A stretch of DNA of 64,000 bases, taken from positions 28,171-92,170 of the forward strand of contig CALVID010000001.1 in the NCBI GenBank assembly GCA_944329355.1. The letters are read 5' to 3'. This document shows positions 48,859 through 59,290 of this stretch, piece by piece (position 1 is the stretch's first letter; each line of letters begins with the position of its first letter). Under the pieces are notes generated by a model. The model searched no databases, was not told where the DNA came from, and was given only the letters and a program-made list of their open reading frames with translations. The stretch comes from an uncultured Bacilli bacterium. Lineage in GTDB: Bacteria > Bacillota_I > Bacilli_A > RF39 > UBA660. A program made the position numbers and the translations under genes.

Positions 48859-50301
48859 ATGAGAGAAGTAACTTACGAAAGCTTAATGTGTAATATAAAT
48901 AGTTATATTGATGATGAGAAATCTTTAGATATTATTTCTAGAGCGTTTTGGTGTGCTAATAAGTTGCATGAGGGGCAAAAGCGTCAGAGTGGTGAGGATT
49001 ATATTGTTCATCCACTTTCTGTCGCTTTTATATTATCTGAAATGAAGGCTGATGCTGATACAATATGTGCTGCACTTTTGCACGATACTATTGAAGATAC
49101 TGATATGAATAAAGAAAGAATAGCTAGTTTATTTAATGAAACGATTGCTACTTTAGTTGATGGAGTTACAAAAATTAGTAAAATGAATTTTTCTTCGGAA
49201 TATGATCAGATAGTTACTAATACTAGGAGGATAATTACTAGTTTAGAAGAAGATGTGAGAATTGTTATTATTAAACTTGCAGATAGACTTCATAATATGC
49301 GAACTTTAGAATATAAAAGCGAGTTTAAACAAAAAGAGAATGCTTTAGAAACTATGGAAATTTTTTCGCCGTTGGCTTACTATTTGGGAGCTTATCAAAT
49401 TAAATCAGAACTTGAGGACTTATCACTTTATTATTTAAGAAGAGATGTTTATGATAGTATTGCAAAAGAAGTAAATGAAATTAGCGAAAATATGAATGCT
49501 GTGATTTATGAGTGCTTAGAAAAAATAGGTAATGTTCTTGCAGATAACAATATTCCTTTTGAGCATAAAGAAAGAATAAAAAGCATTTATGGTTTGTATA
49601 AGGAAAGAAATAAGGGTAGAAAAATTATTGATGTGCATGATTTAGTGGCAATTAAGTTATTGGTAAATGATATAAATGATTGTTTTAGAACTTTAGGGTA
49701 TGTACATAGCGTTTATCCACCTATTAATAGTAAATTCAAAGACTATATTTTTAACCCAAAAACCAATATGTATAGATCACTTCATACAACAGTGTTTGGG
49801 CCAAATGAGAGGTTAGTACAGATGCAAATAAGGACTTATGATATGGATAAGATAGATACATATGGTCTTCCAGCTTACTGGGATTTGCACAAAAATGATG
49901 CCGAAGAGAGTATGCAAGATGATTTAAAAAGTAAATTTCAATTTTTTAAATCTATTGCGGAGTTAAATTCTATTATTTCTGATAATGCAGATTTTGTTAA
50001 TCAGGTAAAAAAAGAACTTTTTAATACAACAATATATGTTTATACACCTCATGGCGACATTGTAGAACTTCCTAAGGGAAGTACGGCGATTGATTTTGCT
50101 TATAAATTGCATACTGAAATTGGAAATACTATGGTTGGAGCTATTATTAATGATGAAAGTGTTGGAATAGATACTATTTTAAAAAATAAAGATAGAGTAA
50201 AAATTATAACTGATCCTTTATCTTGTGGGCCAAAATTGGAATGGCAGGATAAGGCTAGAACCATGAGAGCAAAAAGATTAATAAAACAGTTTAGTAAGTA
50301 A
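48859..50301 (+). CDS. RelA/SpoT-homolog (p)ppGpp synthetase/hydrolase, short form (HD + synthetase + TGS, no ACT/CC C-terminus)
   Basis: HD motif (HDTIEDT), synthetase core (..SLHTTVFGP..), TGS domain (IYVYTPHGDIVELPKGSTAIDFAY); ends at 481 aa. Confidence 0.75.
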   Translation: MREVTYESLMCNINSYIDDEKSLDIISRAFWCANKLHEGQKRQSGEDYIVHPLSVAFILSEMKADADTICAALLHDTIEDTDMNKERIASLFNETIATLVDGVTKISKMNFSSEYDQIVTNTRRIITSLEEDVRIVIIKLADRLHNMRTLEYKSEFKQKENALETMEIFSPLAYYLGAYQIKSELEDLSLYYLRRDVYDSIAKEVNEISENMNAVIYECLEKIGNVLADNNIPFEHKERIKSIYGLYKERNKGRKIIDVHDLVAIKLLVNDINDCFRTLGYVHSVYPPINSKFKDYIFNPKTNMYRSLHTTVFGPNERLVQMQIRTYDMDKIDTYGLPAYWDLHKNDAEESMQDDLKSKFQFFKSIAELNSIISDNADFVNQVKKELFNTTIYVYTPHGDIVELPKGSTAIDFAYKLHTEIGNTMVGAIINDESVGIDTILKNKDRVKIITDPLSCGPKLEWQDKARTMRAKRLIKQFSK

Positions 50302-50489
50302 TATTTTTGAGTTTATAGGGATCTCATTGTAAAAAAACTAAATAAATAAAAAAGCGGGAAAACTAATTCAAAATAACGATAAAAAATTAGATAAAGCTTA
50401 ATAATATTATATTATATTGAAAATAATTTTTAATAATGCTATAATCAGTTTATACTTTTAAATATTTTGATTAAGACATGGTGTTTAAA

Positions 50490-50670
50490 ATACTTGCTTT
50501 TAGAGAGTTATCGGTTGGTGTAAGATAATACAAGGTTTAATCATTACTACTTATGAATAGGACTCGAAAGAGATTCCCGGTGAGGACCGTTATCTTTAAT
50601 TAAGTAAAAATTAGGATGGTACCGTGTCATGCACTCCTTATATAAGGTAATTTATATAAGGTTTTTTTGT
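50490..50670 (+). promoter_or_regulatory. T-box riboswitch leader controlling thrS
   Basis: AGAGA-like box (TAGAGAG at 50501-50507), conserved T-box AATTAGGATGGTACCGTG (50609-50626), terminator hairpin CCTTATATA...TATATAAGG plus T7 (50634-50668). Candidate ACU/ACC specifier region ...TTACTAC.... Confidence 0.75.
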
Positions 50671-50686
50671 TATAGGAGGAGATATT

Positions 50687-52420
50687 ATGATAAATATTAA
50701 AGAAGATGAAAGGCTAAGCAAACTTAATCATAGCTGTGCTCATTTACTTGCACAAGCAGTTAAACATTTGTATCCGGAGGCTAAATTTTGGGTAGGACCA
50801 GTTATTAGTGATGGTTTTTATTATGATATGGATTTGGGTGATATAACTTTAACTGAGGATGATTTATCTAAAATAGAAAAGGAAATGAAAAAATTAGTTA
50901 AAGATGGAAAGAGAATATATAGAGAAGAAATTTCTAGAGAAGAAGCTTTAGAAAAATTTAAAGATGATCCATATAAGATAGATTTAATTAATAATATGCC
51001 AGAAGATGAAGTGATTTCTTGTTATACACAAGGTGATTTTACAGATTTATGTAGAGGACCACATGTAGATAGTTTGAAAGAATGTAAAAATTTTAAATTA
51101 TTAAAAGTATCAGGGGCATATTATAAAGGTGATTCTAATAATAAAATGCTTCAAAGAATTTATGGTATTTGTTTTGATAATAAAGAAGCTTTAGAAAATT
51201 ATTTATCAATGTTAGAAGAAGCTAAAAAACGTGATCATAAAAAGCTTGGGAAGGAGCTTGGATTATTTATGTTTAGTGAGTATGGACCTGGATTTCCGTT
51301 TTGGCTTCCTAAAGGTATGATTCTTCGAAGGACGTTGGAAGATTTTTGGTATAAGGAACATGCTAAAGAGGGGTATAAGTTTATTCAAACACCTATTATG
51401 CTTAATAAGGATTTATGGGTAAAATCTGGACATTGGGATAATTATCAGGAAAATATGTATATATCTAAAATTGATAATAAAGAGTTTGCTATTAAACCTA
51501 TGAATTGTCCAGGTGGAATAATTGTTTATAAAAATGAATTACATTCTTATAAAGAGTTTCCATTACGTATTGGAGAGCTTGGTTTAGTACACCGTCATGA
51601 AGCAAGTGGGGCTTTGAATGGATTGTTTAGAGTTAGAAATTTTACTCAGGATGATGCTCATATATTTTTAACCAAAGATCAAATAGAGGATGAAATAATT
51701 AGGCTAATCAATTTTATTGATAGAATATACAAAATTTTTAATTTGCCTTATGCAATAGAATTATCTACTAGACCAGAAGAAAAATATATTGGTGATATTG
51801 AGATTTGGAATCACGCTGAAAAGGCTTTAAAAGAAGCATGTGAAAAAGCTGGACACAAGATTAAGATAAATCCAGGTGATGGAGCTTTTTATGGACCTAA
51901 ATTAGATTTTCATGTTACTGATTCACTTGGAAGAGTATGGCAATGTGGAACTATACAACTTGATTTTAATTTACCTGAGAGATTTGAACTTGAGTATGTT
52001 AATCATGATGGAAATAAAGAAAGACCTGTTATGCTACATAGGGTGATATTTGGTTCTATTGAAAGATTTATTGGTATTTTGATTGAACATTATGCAGGGG
52101 CATTTCCTACTTGGCTAGCTCCAGTTCAATTTAATATTATTCCGGTTAATAATGAATATCATTTAGAATATGCGAAAGAAATTTATGATTTGCTTTTAGA
52201 AAACGGCTTTAGAGTCGAATTGGATGATAGTGATGAAAAATTAAGCTATAAGATGCGTGAGAGTTCTGTGCAGAAAATCCCATATACTATTATAATTGGT
52301 GATAAAGAAAAAGACGATAATTTAATTAGTTATCGTAAGCTTGGAAGTAGAGAAACTTATACTGTTCAGAAAGAAAAGTTTATTAACTTACTTTATGATA
52401 TTGTTAAAAATTTAAAATAA
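50687..52420 (+). CDS. thrS: threonine--tRNA ligase lacking the N1 (TGS-like) domain
   Basis: Starts in the N2 editing domain (HSCAHLLAQA), has class II catalytic motifs and an anticodon-binding domain; 577 aa versus ~640 aa typical. Confidence 0.85.
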   Translation: MINIKEDERLSKLNHSCAHLLAQAVKHLYPEAKFWVGPVISDGFYYDMDLGDITLTEDDLSKIEKEMKKLVKDGKRIYREEISREEALEKFKDDPYKIDLINNMPEDEVISCYTQGDFTDLCRGPHVDSLKECKNFKLLKVSGAYYKGDSNNKMLQRIYGICFDNKEALENYLSMLEEAKKRDHKKLGKELGLFMFSEYGPGFPFWLPKGMILRRTLEDFWYKEHAKEGYKFIQTPIMLNKDLWVKSGHWDNYQENMYISKIDNKEFAIKPMNCPGGIIVYKNELHSYKEFPLRIGELGLVHRHEASGALNGLFRVRNFTQDDAHIFLTKDQIEDEIIRLINFIDRIYKIFNLPYAIELSTRPEEKYIGDIEIWNHAEKALKEACEKAGHKIKINPGDGAFYGPKLDFHVTDSLGRVWQCGTIQLDFNLPERFELEYVNHDGNKERPVMLHRVIFGSIERFIGILIEHYAGAFPTWLAPVQFNIIPVNNEYHLEYAKEIYDLLLENGFRVELDDSDEKLSYKMRESSVQKIPYTIIIGDKEKDDNLISYRKLGSRETYTVQKEKFINLLYDIVKNLK

Positions 52421-52582
52421 TTTAAAAATGTTAAGGTTTTTTAATTGGTATAATAGTTTTATGTAAATATTTTGTATTTTTATTAAAATAAAATGGTATT
52501 TATTTAATAAATAATTATGTGCCTATTTTTTCAGTAGTTATTCTTTTAAAAGGTTATTGATATTAAATAAATCACAATAAAA

Positions 52583-52612
52583 GTAGACAATAGTAAAAAA
52601 TTAGTCTACTTT
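52583..52612. terminator. bidirectional terminator between thrS and the XRE regulator gene
   Basis: AGTAGAC-N14-GTCTACT hairpin flanked by A-run and T-run. Confidence 0.5.
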
Positions 52613-52936
52613 TTCTTTTAATCCATCTATATATCCTTCTACTTTAGCTTTATTTACTGTTGATAGTTTGTTTATTTTGCTTAATAATAAAAAATCTTTA
52701 TCAGATATATTATTAGGTTTTATGTTATTTATTGGAATATCATATTTAGTACGGCATAATAAATAATCAATGGATGTGTTGTAATAATTAGCTAGTTTGA
52801 TAAGCATATCAGAACTGGGAAATACTCGGCCTGTTTCATAAGATGATATAGCTTCTTGCGTGGTATTTAGGTCAATGGCTACTTTTGTTTGTAGTAGTTT
52901 CTTTTTGTTCCGTATGTGTTTTAAATTGTTTTCCAT
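52601..52936 (-). CDS. XRE-family (Cro/CI-type HTH) transcriptional regulator
   Basis: N-terminal HTH_3 (LLQTKVAIDLNTTQEAISSYETGRVFPSSDMLIKLANYYNTSIDYLL); divergent from the glycopolymer cluster. Confidence 0.75.
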   Translation of the reverse strand: MENNLKHIRNKKKLLQTKVAIDLNTTQEAISSYETGRVFPSSDMLIKLANYYNTSIDYLLCRTKYDIPINNIKPNNISDKDFLLLSKINKLSTVNKAKVEGYIDGLKEKVD

Positions 52937-53164
52937 GTATTTTCCTCCTTATATATAATTTTAAAATTATCGAATATTAGTTATAGCAATATTAGTTGTA
53001 TCTATATAATCAATATTGTATATTTTTAAAAAATCATGTATAATTTTGATATAATGTATTGTTTTTGAGGAGATTTACCATACTAGACTTTGTGTTGATG
53101 ATTTGTTATAATATGTATATATTTAAATAATGTTGCTTTATGATGTTAGAAATGATGTGATGTT

Positions 53165-54685
53165 ATGAGGGGATTGATTATTTCACTTTATTGGGAAAGG
53201 TCTAATTTATATATAGTATTTAAAAGTGATGTACAACAAGCATATATAATGAATGATAAAGTGAAATATGAATTAGAAATTTGTGATAAAAATAAGGTTC
53301 TTATTCCTATAACTAATTTGGATGGAAATATGCTGGATAAAGGTATATGGAAAATTGAAGTAGATGGGGTTTTTGCTACAATAGATAATAAGTTGTTATC
53401 TGAATTTGATAATTATTCGAGGATTTTTAATTATAGAAAAAATTTTTATTCTTTTTTGGTAGAATTTGATTTAAATGATAATATTTTTTTAATTAAGACT
53501 AGGTATATGGAGCAGAACAAAAAATATAAAAAGTTTATAAAACTTTATGAAGCTGATGATTTGATAGGATTTTTAAAAATTGTTTTAAAAATTTTTAGTT
53601 ATAAAATGGTTAATTTATTGTATTTGATTTTAAGAATGTTTAAATTTGGTAAAAAAACTGTTTTGTTTTTATCAGAAAATAGTAATCAAATAACTAGTAA
53701 TTTATTACCTTTATATAATGCATTAATAGATAAGAAGTATAAGGTAATAGTTTATTGTCATGATAATTTTAAAAAGAAATCGATTTTTTATTATTTGAAA
53801 GAACTTTTTATGATTTCAAAAAGTGATGTTATTTTAATAGAAAATTATACGCCTATTTTAAATTTTTTAAATTTAAAAGCAAGAGTTATACAGTTATGGC
53901 ATGCTGGAGTGGGATTTAAAGCCGTTGGATATGCTAGATTTGGTAAAAAAGGATCACCACATCCTTATTTGTCTTCTCATAGAAAAAATGATTTTGTAAT
54001 AGTCGATAGTGAAAGATTAATTGATGTTTATGCGGAAGTGTTTGGTGTGAGTAAATCTAAAATAAAGCCGTATGGTATGCCTAGATTGGATAATTATTTG
54101 AATAAGCAAAGAATCGATAATGTTTTAGAAAGACTTTATGAATATAATCACCTTTTAAAGAATAAAAAAGTAATATTATTCGCACCTACTTATAGAGGTA
54201 GTAATCAAAAAGAAGCATATTATAATTTTGATATGCTTAATATTGATGAAATATATAAATTTTGTTTAAAGAATAATTTTGTTTTTCTTATAAAAATGCA
54301 TCCTTTTGTTAAAAATAAAATCAATATAAAAAAAGAATATCACGAATATATCTTTGATTATTCTGATCTGGATATTAATGATATTATATATGTTTCAGAT
54401 ATTTTAATAACTGATTATTCTTCATGTGTATATGAATTTTCTATGTTTGATAGACCTATTATATTTTATAGGTATGATAAATATTTATATGAATATGAAA
54501 GGCCACTTCACGAATTAAAAGGGTTATATTCAAATACTTATGAAGTTTTAGACTTTGATAATTTGTTAATGTGTTTAAATAATCTTAAAGATATAGATGT
54601 TAATTTAAGATTTAAAAATTGTTTGTGTCATGGTAAGAATGATAGTGTAGAAAAAATAGTATATTTAATAGATAAGGAAATTTGA
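53165..54685 (+). CDS. CDP-glycerol glycerophosphotransferase (TagF/TagB family); start uncertain
   Basis: C-terminal Glyphos_transf block (..FAPTYRG...MHPF...ITDYSS..). Confidence 0.7.
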   Translation: MRGLIISLYWERSNLYIVFKSDVQQAYIMNDKVKYELEICDKNKVLIPITNLDGNMLDKGIWKIEVDGVFATIDNKLLSEFDNYSRIFNYRKNFYSFLVEFDLNDNIFLIKTRYMEQNKKYKKFIKLYEADDLIGFLKIVLKIFSYKMVNLLYLILRMFKFGKKTVLFLSENSNQITSNLLPLYNALIDKKYKVIVYCHDNFKKKSIFYYLKELFMISKSDVILIENYTPILNFLNLKARVIQLWHAGVGFKAVGYARFGKKGSPHPYLSSHRKNDFVIVDSERLIDVYAEVFGVSKSKIKPYGMPRLDNYLNKQRIDNVLERLYEYNHLLKNKKVILFAPTYRGSNQKEAYYNFDMLNIDEIYKFCLKNNFVFLIKMHPFVKNKINIKKEYHEYIFDYSDLDINDIIYVSDILITDYSSCVYEFSMFDRPIIFYRYDKYLYEYERPLHELKGLYSNTYEVLDFDNLLMCLNNLKDIDVNLRFKNCLCHGKNDSVEKIVYLIDKEI

Positions 54686-54691
54686 TGTGAG

Positions 54692-55807
54692 ATGAAAGTT
54701 TTAATAAAAATTTATGTTGGTATATCGAGATTTATATATTTATTTTTTAAACTTTTACCTGTTAAAAATAAAATTGTTATGATTAGTAGGCAATCTAATG
54801 AGGTAAATATGGATTTTAAATTATTAGGGCAGGAATTAGAAAAGAGATATACCGTTGTTTATTTGTGCAAAACATTAGATAAGGGGATCCAAGCTACTTT
54901 GAAAAGTAAAATTGTGTATGGATTACATTCAATTAAACAAATGTATCATTTAAGTACTTCAAAGGTGTGTATTTTGGATTCTTATTGTCCTACTGTTAGT
55001 ATTTTAAAACATAAGAAAAAACTTACTATTATTCAAATGTGGCATTCGATTGGAACAATGAAAAAGTTCGGCTATTTAATATTGGATAGTACTGAGGGTA
55101 GTAAAAGTGAAGTTGCTGAGGCAATGCATATGCATGAAAATTATGATGTTGTGTTGTGTGCGAGTGAGACATATAAAAATCATTTGGCTGCAGGTTTTAA
55201 ATGTTCTAAAGAGAAAATTGTAATTAAAACATTACCAAGAGTTGATTTGCTTTTTGATAAAGAATATGAAAGTAAAGTTAGAGAAAACATTTTTAAAGTT
55301 TATCCTATGCTTAAAAGTAAAAAGAATATAGTGTATGCTCCTACTTTTAGAAAAAAGGAAAAAGAATTAAAAAAGGCTATAAACGATCTTATTAAAAATC
55401 TTGATTTTTCTAAATATAATTTAATTGTAAAAATGCATCCTTTATCAAAAACTAAGATTAATAATCAAAAGATTATTTGTGATTTTTCTTTTAGTACTTT
55501 TGACATGCTTTTTATTGCCGATATATTTGTCAGTGATTATTCTTGTGTGATATATGAAGCAGGTCTTAGAGGTATTCCTTTATATTTTTATGACTTTGAT
55601 TTAGATGATTATAAAGTTAAAAGGGGTTTAAGTTTAAATTATACAGAAGTACCGGGATATACTAGAAAGAAAGCTAAGGATTTGGTTTTAACTTTTGAAA
55701 AAGAATATAATTATGAAGAGTTAAGAAAATTTATAGATAAGTATGTAACTAATAAAAAAGAGTGTACTAAAAGTTTGGTTCAGTTGATTGAAACATATAT
55801 GAAATGA
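54692..55807 (+). CDS. CDP-glycerol glycerophosphotransferase (TagB-like)
   Basis: ..YAPTFRK...KMHPL...SDYSCVIYEA.. motifs. Confidence 0.7.
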   Translation: MKVLIKIYVGISRFIYLFFKLLPVKNKIVMISRQSNEVNMDFKLLGQELEKRYTVVYLCKTLDKGIQATLKSKIVYGLHSIKQMYHLSTSKVCILDSYCPTVSILKHKKKLTIIQMWHSIGTMKKFGYLILDSTEGSKSEVAEAMHMHENYDVVLCASETYKNHLAAGFKCSKEKIVIKTLPRVDLLFDKEYESKVRENIFKVYPMLKSKKNIVYAPTFRKKEKELKKAINDLIKNLDFSKYNLIVKMHPLSKTKINNQKIICDFSFSTFDMLFIADIFVSDYSCVIYEAGLRGIPLYFYDFDLDDYKVKRGLSLNYTEVPGYTRKKAKDLVLTFEKEYNYEELRKFIDKYVTNKKECTKSLVQLIETYMK

Positions 55808-55822
55808 TGGAGTTGAAGATGT

Positions 55823-58534
55823 ATGAGTGATGTTGTTTATACTTTTGTTATTTATAATACTAATTTTGATAGGTTAAAAAAACATTTAAAAAGTATAATG
55901 AATCAAAAGTATGATTTATCTAAAATTCAAATAATAATTGAAGATGTTACTGATGATGATAATGTTTTAAAGTATGCTGAAAAATTACATTTAATTTATA
56001 ATAAATGTTTTAATATGGCAGGAGCTTATAATCATGGACTATTTTTGGCTAAGGGAAAATATATTACTTTTATTACAAGTGATTTGTATTATGAAAGTAG
56101 CGAACTATTAAATGGATTGTATGGCATTTTAAAGGATTATAATGTGGTTGCTATAAATGGTGGATATTTTGATGAAAACAAAAAAATTAGAGAAAATTAT
56201 ATGATGCAGTTTAAAAAAAGTATGGAAATTAATCTTTACAAAAGGCCATATAATGTAGATATGCTTTTGCACGCTTATTTTTTTAAGACTAGTTTAATTA
56301 AAAATTATAAGTTTAATGGTGATAAAGATTATGAATGTACTTTTAAATTTTTGTTAGATGTGTTAAAGGATAATTTTGTTTATTATTATGCAAATGAGTT
56401 TTGTATTACTTCTACTTTGGCGTTTGAAGATAACGCTTCTAAATGTTTGGTACATTACAATCTTTGTTGGTATATCGATTCTTTAAGTAATTTTATTATT
56501 CCTGAGTTAAAAAATGCTAAAAATTTACCTAGATTTATTCAGGAAGCGTATATGTATTTGATTTATGTTAAATTTAAATGTAATATTAATGATAGTAATA
56601 AAAATGTTTTAAGTTATGATGATTTTGTTATTTTTAAAAAATTGGTGATTGAGGCTTTATGTTATATTGACAATGATATTATTTTGCAAACTGATATAGC
56701 TAGTGTAAGTGATGCCGTGATGGGACACCAGTTTAAAATGCAAAGATGGTTAAAGTTTTGGCTTTTAAAAAGTAAACTAGATTATTTAAAAGCTAATTAC
56801 AATATTAAATATTTATCTATAAATAATACTAATAATTTATTGTTAGAATATGTATTTCCTGATGGTCAAATGGCATTTAATTTTATAAGTAGTGATAGAA
56901 ATTATAATTTAAGTGAAAAAGTTAAAATTAAGGCTATAAATTATGATCATAATGAATTAGAAATCGACGCATTTGTTACACTTAGTGATTTTATGAATGT
57001 TTCAGATATTGAAATTGTGGCTGAGTTAGATGGTAAAAAGGTAGATGTTGATTTTACTGATGTTTATTCATCTTTAAATGTTTTTGGTTTAAATTTATCT
57101 AGGGAATGTACTTTTAAAGTAAAATTTAGAATTAATAATGATTCAAATCATAAACTTAAATTTTATATGGTTTTAAATAATACAAAGATCCCACTTAATT
57201 TAAGATATGATAAAGTTCAAGCAAGATTATCTAAGTCTAAAAGATCTTTTTGGTGTTATAAAAATATTATTTTACGGAATAATATTTCAAGTATTATTAT
57301 AGAAAAAAGAAGTAAGTTTAAAACATTTAAATATGAAATTTTATATGATTTATCAAAAATAAAAAATGAACGTAAAAAAATGACGGTTATTAGGATGCTT
57401 TGTTTAAGATTTTTATATTATTTAACTAAACCTTTTTATAAACATATATGGATAACTTTTGATAAGCTTTATAAGGCTGGAGATAATGGGGAGTATTTAT
57501 ATCAATATGGTTTAAAACATGGTAAGAAAATTTATTATATAATTAATAAGGATTCTTTTGATTACAAAAGACTAAAAAAACAAAAACGGATTTTAAAATA
57601 TGGATCTTTAAAAACAAAGCTTTTGAGTTTACATGCAGAGGCTATTTTGAAAACACACTCTGGCATATTAGGATTTTGTGGATTTGAAAATTTAGAAGGA
57701 GTACTTATTAGAGATCTGTTTAATGCACATATAATTGAAGTTCAACATGGACTTACTATTCAAGATATTCCAAAATATCAAAATAGATTAGTTGATAATA
57801 TAAAAATTTATTGTTGTGCTTCTAAATATGAAGTTCAAAATATATTGAAAAAAGAATATGACTTTAATAAAGAAAGAGTTTTGTTAACAGGATTGGCAAG
57901 ATATGATGGGTTGATTTCTAAACCGTCTAAAATGATTCTTATTACACCTACGTGGAGGCATTCTATTGCTTCACCTTCTTTAAAACATGGTGTACCAAGA
58001 GCTCATAATGATGTTTTTAAACAAAGTGATTATTTTAAAATATATAATTCTTTGATTAATAATCCTATGTTAATTAAGTGTGCGAAAGAAAATGGTTATA
58101 AAATTATTTATTTGGTACATCCAACTTTGTCTGGTCAAGTACAAGATTTTGATAAAAATGATTATGTGGAAATTATACCAGCTACAGGAGATATGAGTTA
58201 TGAGAAAATCTTAACAGAGGCTGATTTAATGGTAACAGATTATTCTGGTGTACAATTTGATTTTGCTTATCAGAGAAAACCTATAGTGTATTATCATCCA
58301 GATAGTTTACCACCACATTATGAAACTGGTGTATATAATTACGAAACTATGGCTTTTGGTAGTATTTGTAAAAATGAAAAAGATTTAGTGGATGAACTTT
58401 GTTATTATATGGGAAATGGTTGCCAAATTAAAGATGAGTATAAAAAACGTGCTGATGACTTTTTTGCTTATAATGATTATAATAATTGTCAAAGGATTGT
58501 AGAGGCAACTGAAACATTTTTAAATGAAAAGTAG
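55823..58534 (+). CDS. bifunctional family-2 glycosyltransferase / CDP-glycerol glycerophosphotransferase (teichoic acid polymerase-like)
   Basis: N-terminal GT-A fold (FVIYNTNFDRL...IIIEDVTDDD); C-terminal TagF-like domain (ITPTWRH...VHPT...TDYSGVQFDF). Confidence 0.65.
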   Translation: MSDVVYTFVIYNTNFDRLKKHLKSIMNQKYDLSKIQIIIEDVTDDDNVLKYAEKLHLIYNKCFNMAGAYNHGLFLAKGKYITFITSDLYYESSELLNGLYGILKDYNVVAINGGYFDENKKIRENYMMQFKKSMEINLYKRPYNVDMLLHAYFFKTSLIKNYKFNGDKDYECTFKFLLDVLKDNFVYYYANEFCITSTLAFEDNASKCLVHYNLCWYIDSLSNFIIPELKNAKNLPRFIQEAYMYLIYVKFKCNINDSNKNVLSYDDFVIFKKLVIEALCYIDNDIILQTDIASVSDAVMGHQFKMQRWLKFWLLKSKLDYLKANYNIKYLSINNTNNLLLEYVFPDGQMAFNFISSDRNYNLSEKVKIKAINYDHNELEIDAFVTLSDFMNVSDIEIVAELDGKKVDVDFTDVYSSLNVFGLNLSRECTFKVKFRINNDSNHKLKFYMVLNNTKIPLNLRYDKVQARLSKSKRSFWCYKNIILRNNISSIIIEKRSKFKTFKYEILYDLSKIKNERKKMTVIRMLCLRFLYYLTKPFYKHIWITFDKLYKAGDNGEYLYQYGLKHGKKIYYIINKDSFDYKRLKKQKRILKYGSLKTKLLSLHAEAILKTHSGILGFCGFENLEGVLIRDLFNAHIIEVQHGLTIQDIPKYQNRLVDNIKIYCCASKYEVQNILKKEYDFNKERVLLTGLARYDGLISKPSKMILITPTWRHSIASPSLKHGVPRAHNDVFKQSDYFKIYNSLINNPMLIKCAKENGYKIIYLVHPTLSGQVQDFDKNDYVEIIPATGDMSYEKILTEADLMVTDYSGVQFDFAYQRKPIVYYHPDSLPPHYETGVYNYETMAFGSICKNEKDLVDELCYYMGNGCQIKDEYKKRADDFFAYNDYNNCQRIVEATETFLNEK

Positions 58535-58542
58535 GAGGATTT

Positions 58543-59289
58543 ATGAAAAATATTGCAGTTATTTTTGCTGGTGGAACTGGCACAAGAATGGGGTCAGACT
58601 TACCTAAACAATTTTTAAAAGTAAATGGAAATGAAATTATTATTCATACCTTGAATTATTTTGAGAGAAATGAAAAAATTGATGAAATTTATATTGCTTG
58701 TATAAACAAATGGATACCTTATTTGAAAAAATTGGTTTTGAGGGCGGATTTATCTAAAGTAAAGAAGATATTTCCTGGAGGAAAAACTGGACAGGATTCT
58801 ATTTTTATTGCTTTAAGTGAAGTAAAAAAAGATCATGATAATGCGGTGGTTTTAATTCATGATGGTGTTAGACCATTAATAACTGATGAGACTATAAATA
58901 ATTGTATTGAAGGAGTATTAAAATATGGAAATGCAATAACTGCAACACCATGTTTTGAAACTCCTATTACTAGTCATGATGGGGTATTAGTAGAATCAAT
59001 GCCAAGAAGGGATACTGTTTATACTGCTCAAGCACCTCAGTGTTTTTATCTGAATGATATTTATCAAGCTCATATAGAAGAGAGAAAAGTTAATCCAGAA
59101 TATGATGGAATAGTAGATTCTTGTGGTTTGATGTTTAAACGTGGAGTTAAATGTCATTTGATAAAAGGGAATAGGGGCAATATCAAAGTGACTACTCCAG
59201 TTGATTTTTGTACATTAATTGGTAATTTGAATGCGATAGATTATGCACAGTTGATAGATTTAGAAAATAAAGCAAGAAGGAGAAGATAA
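58543..59289 (+). CDS. tarI: D-ribitol-5-phosphate cytidylyltransferase (IspD/TarI family)
   Basis: MKNIAVIFAGGTGTRMGSDLPKQF cytidylyltransferase N-terminus. Confidence 0.75.
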   Translation: MKNIAVIFAGGTGTRMGSDLPKQFLKVNGNEIIIHTLNYFERNEKIDEIYIACINKWIPYLKKLVLRADLSKVKKIFPGGKTGQDSIFIALSEVKKDHDNAVVLIHDGVRPLITDETINNCIEGVLKYGNAITATPCFETPITSHDGVLVESMPRRDTVYTAQAPQCFYLNDIYQAHIEERKVNPEYDGIVDSCGLMFKRGVKCHLIKGNRGNIKVTTPVDFCTLIGNLNAIDYAQLIDLENKARRRR

Positions 59290-59290
59290 T

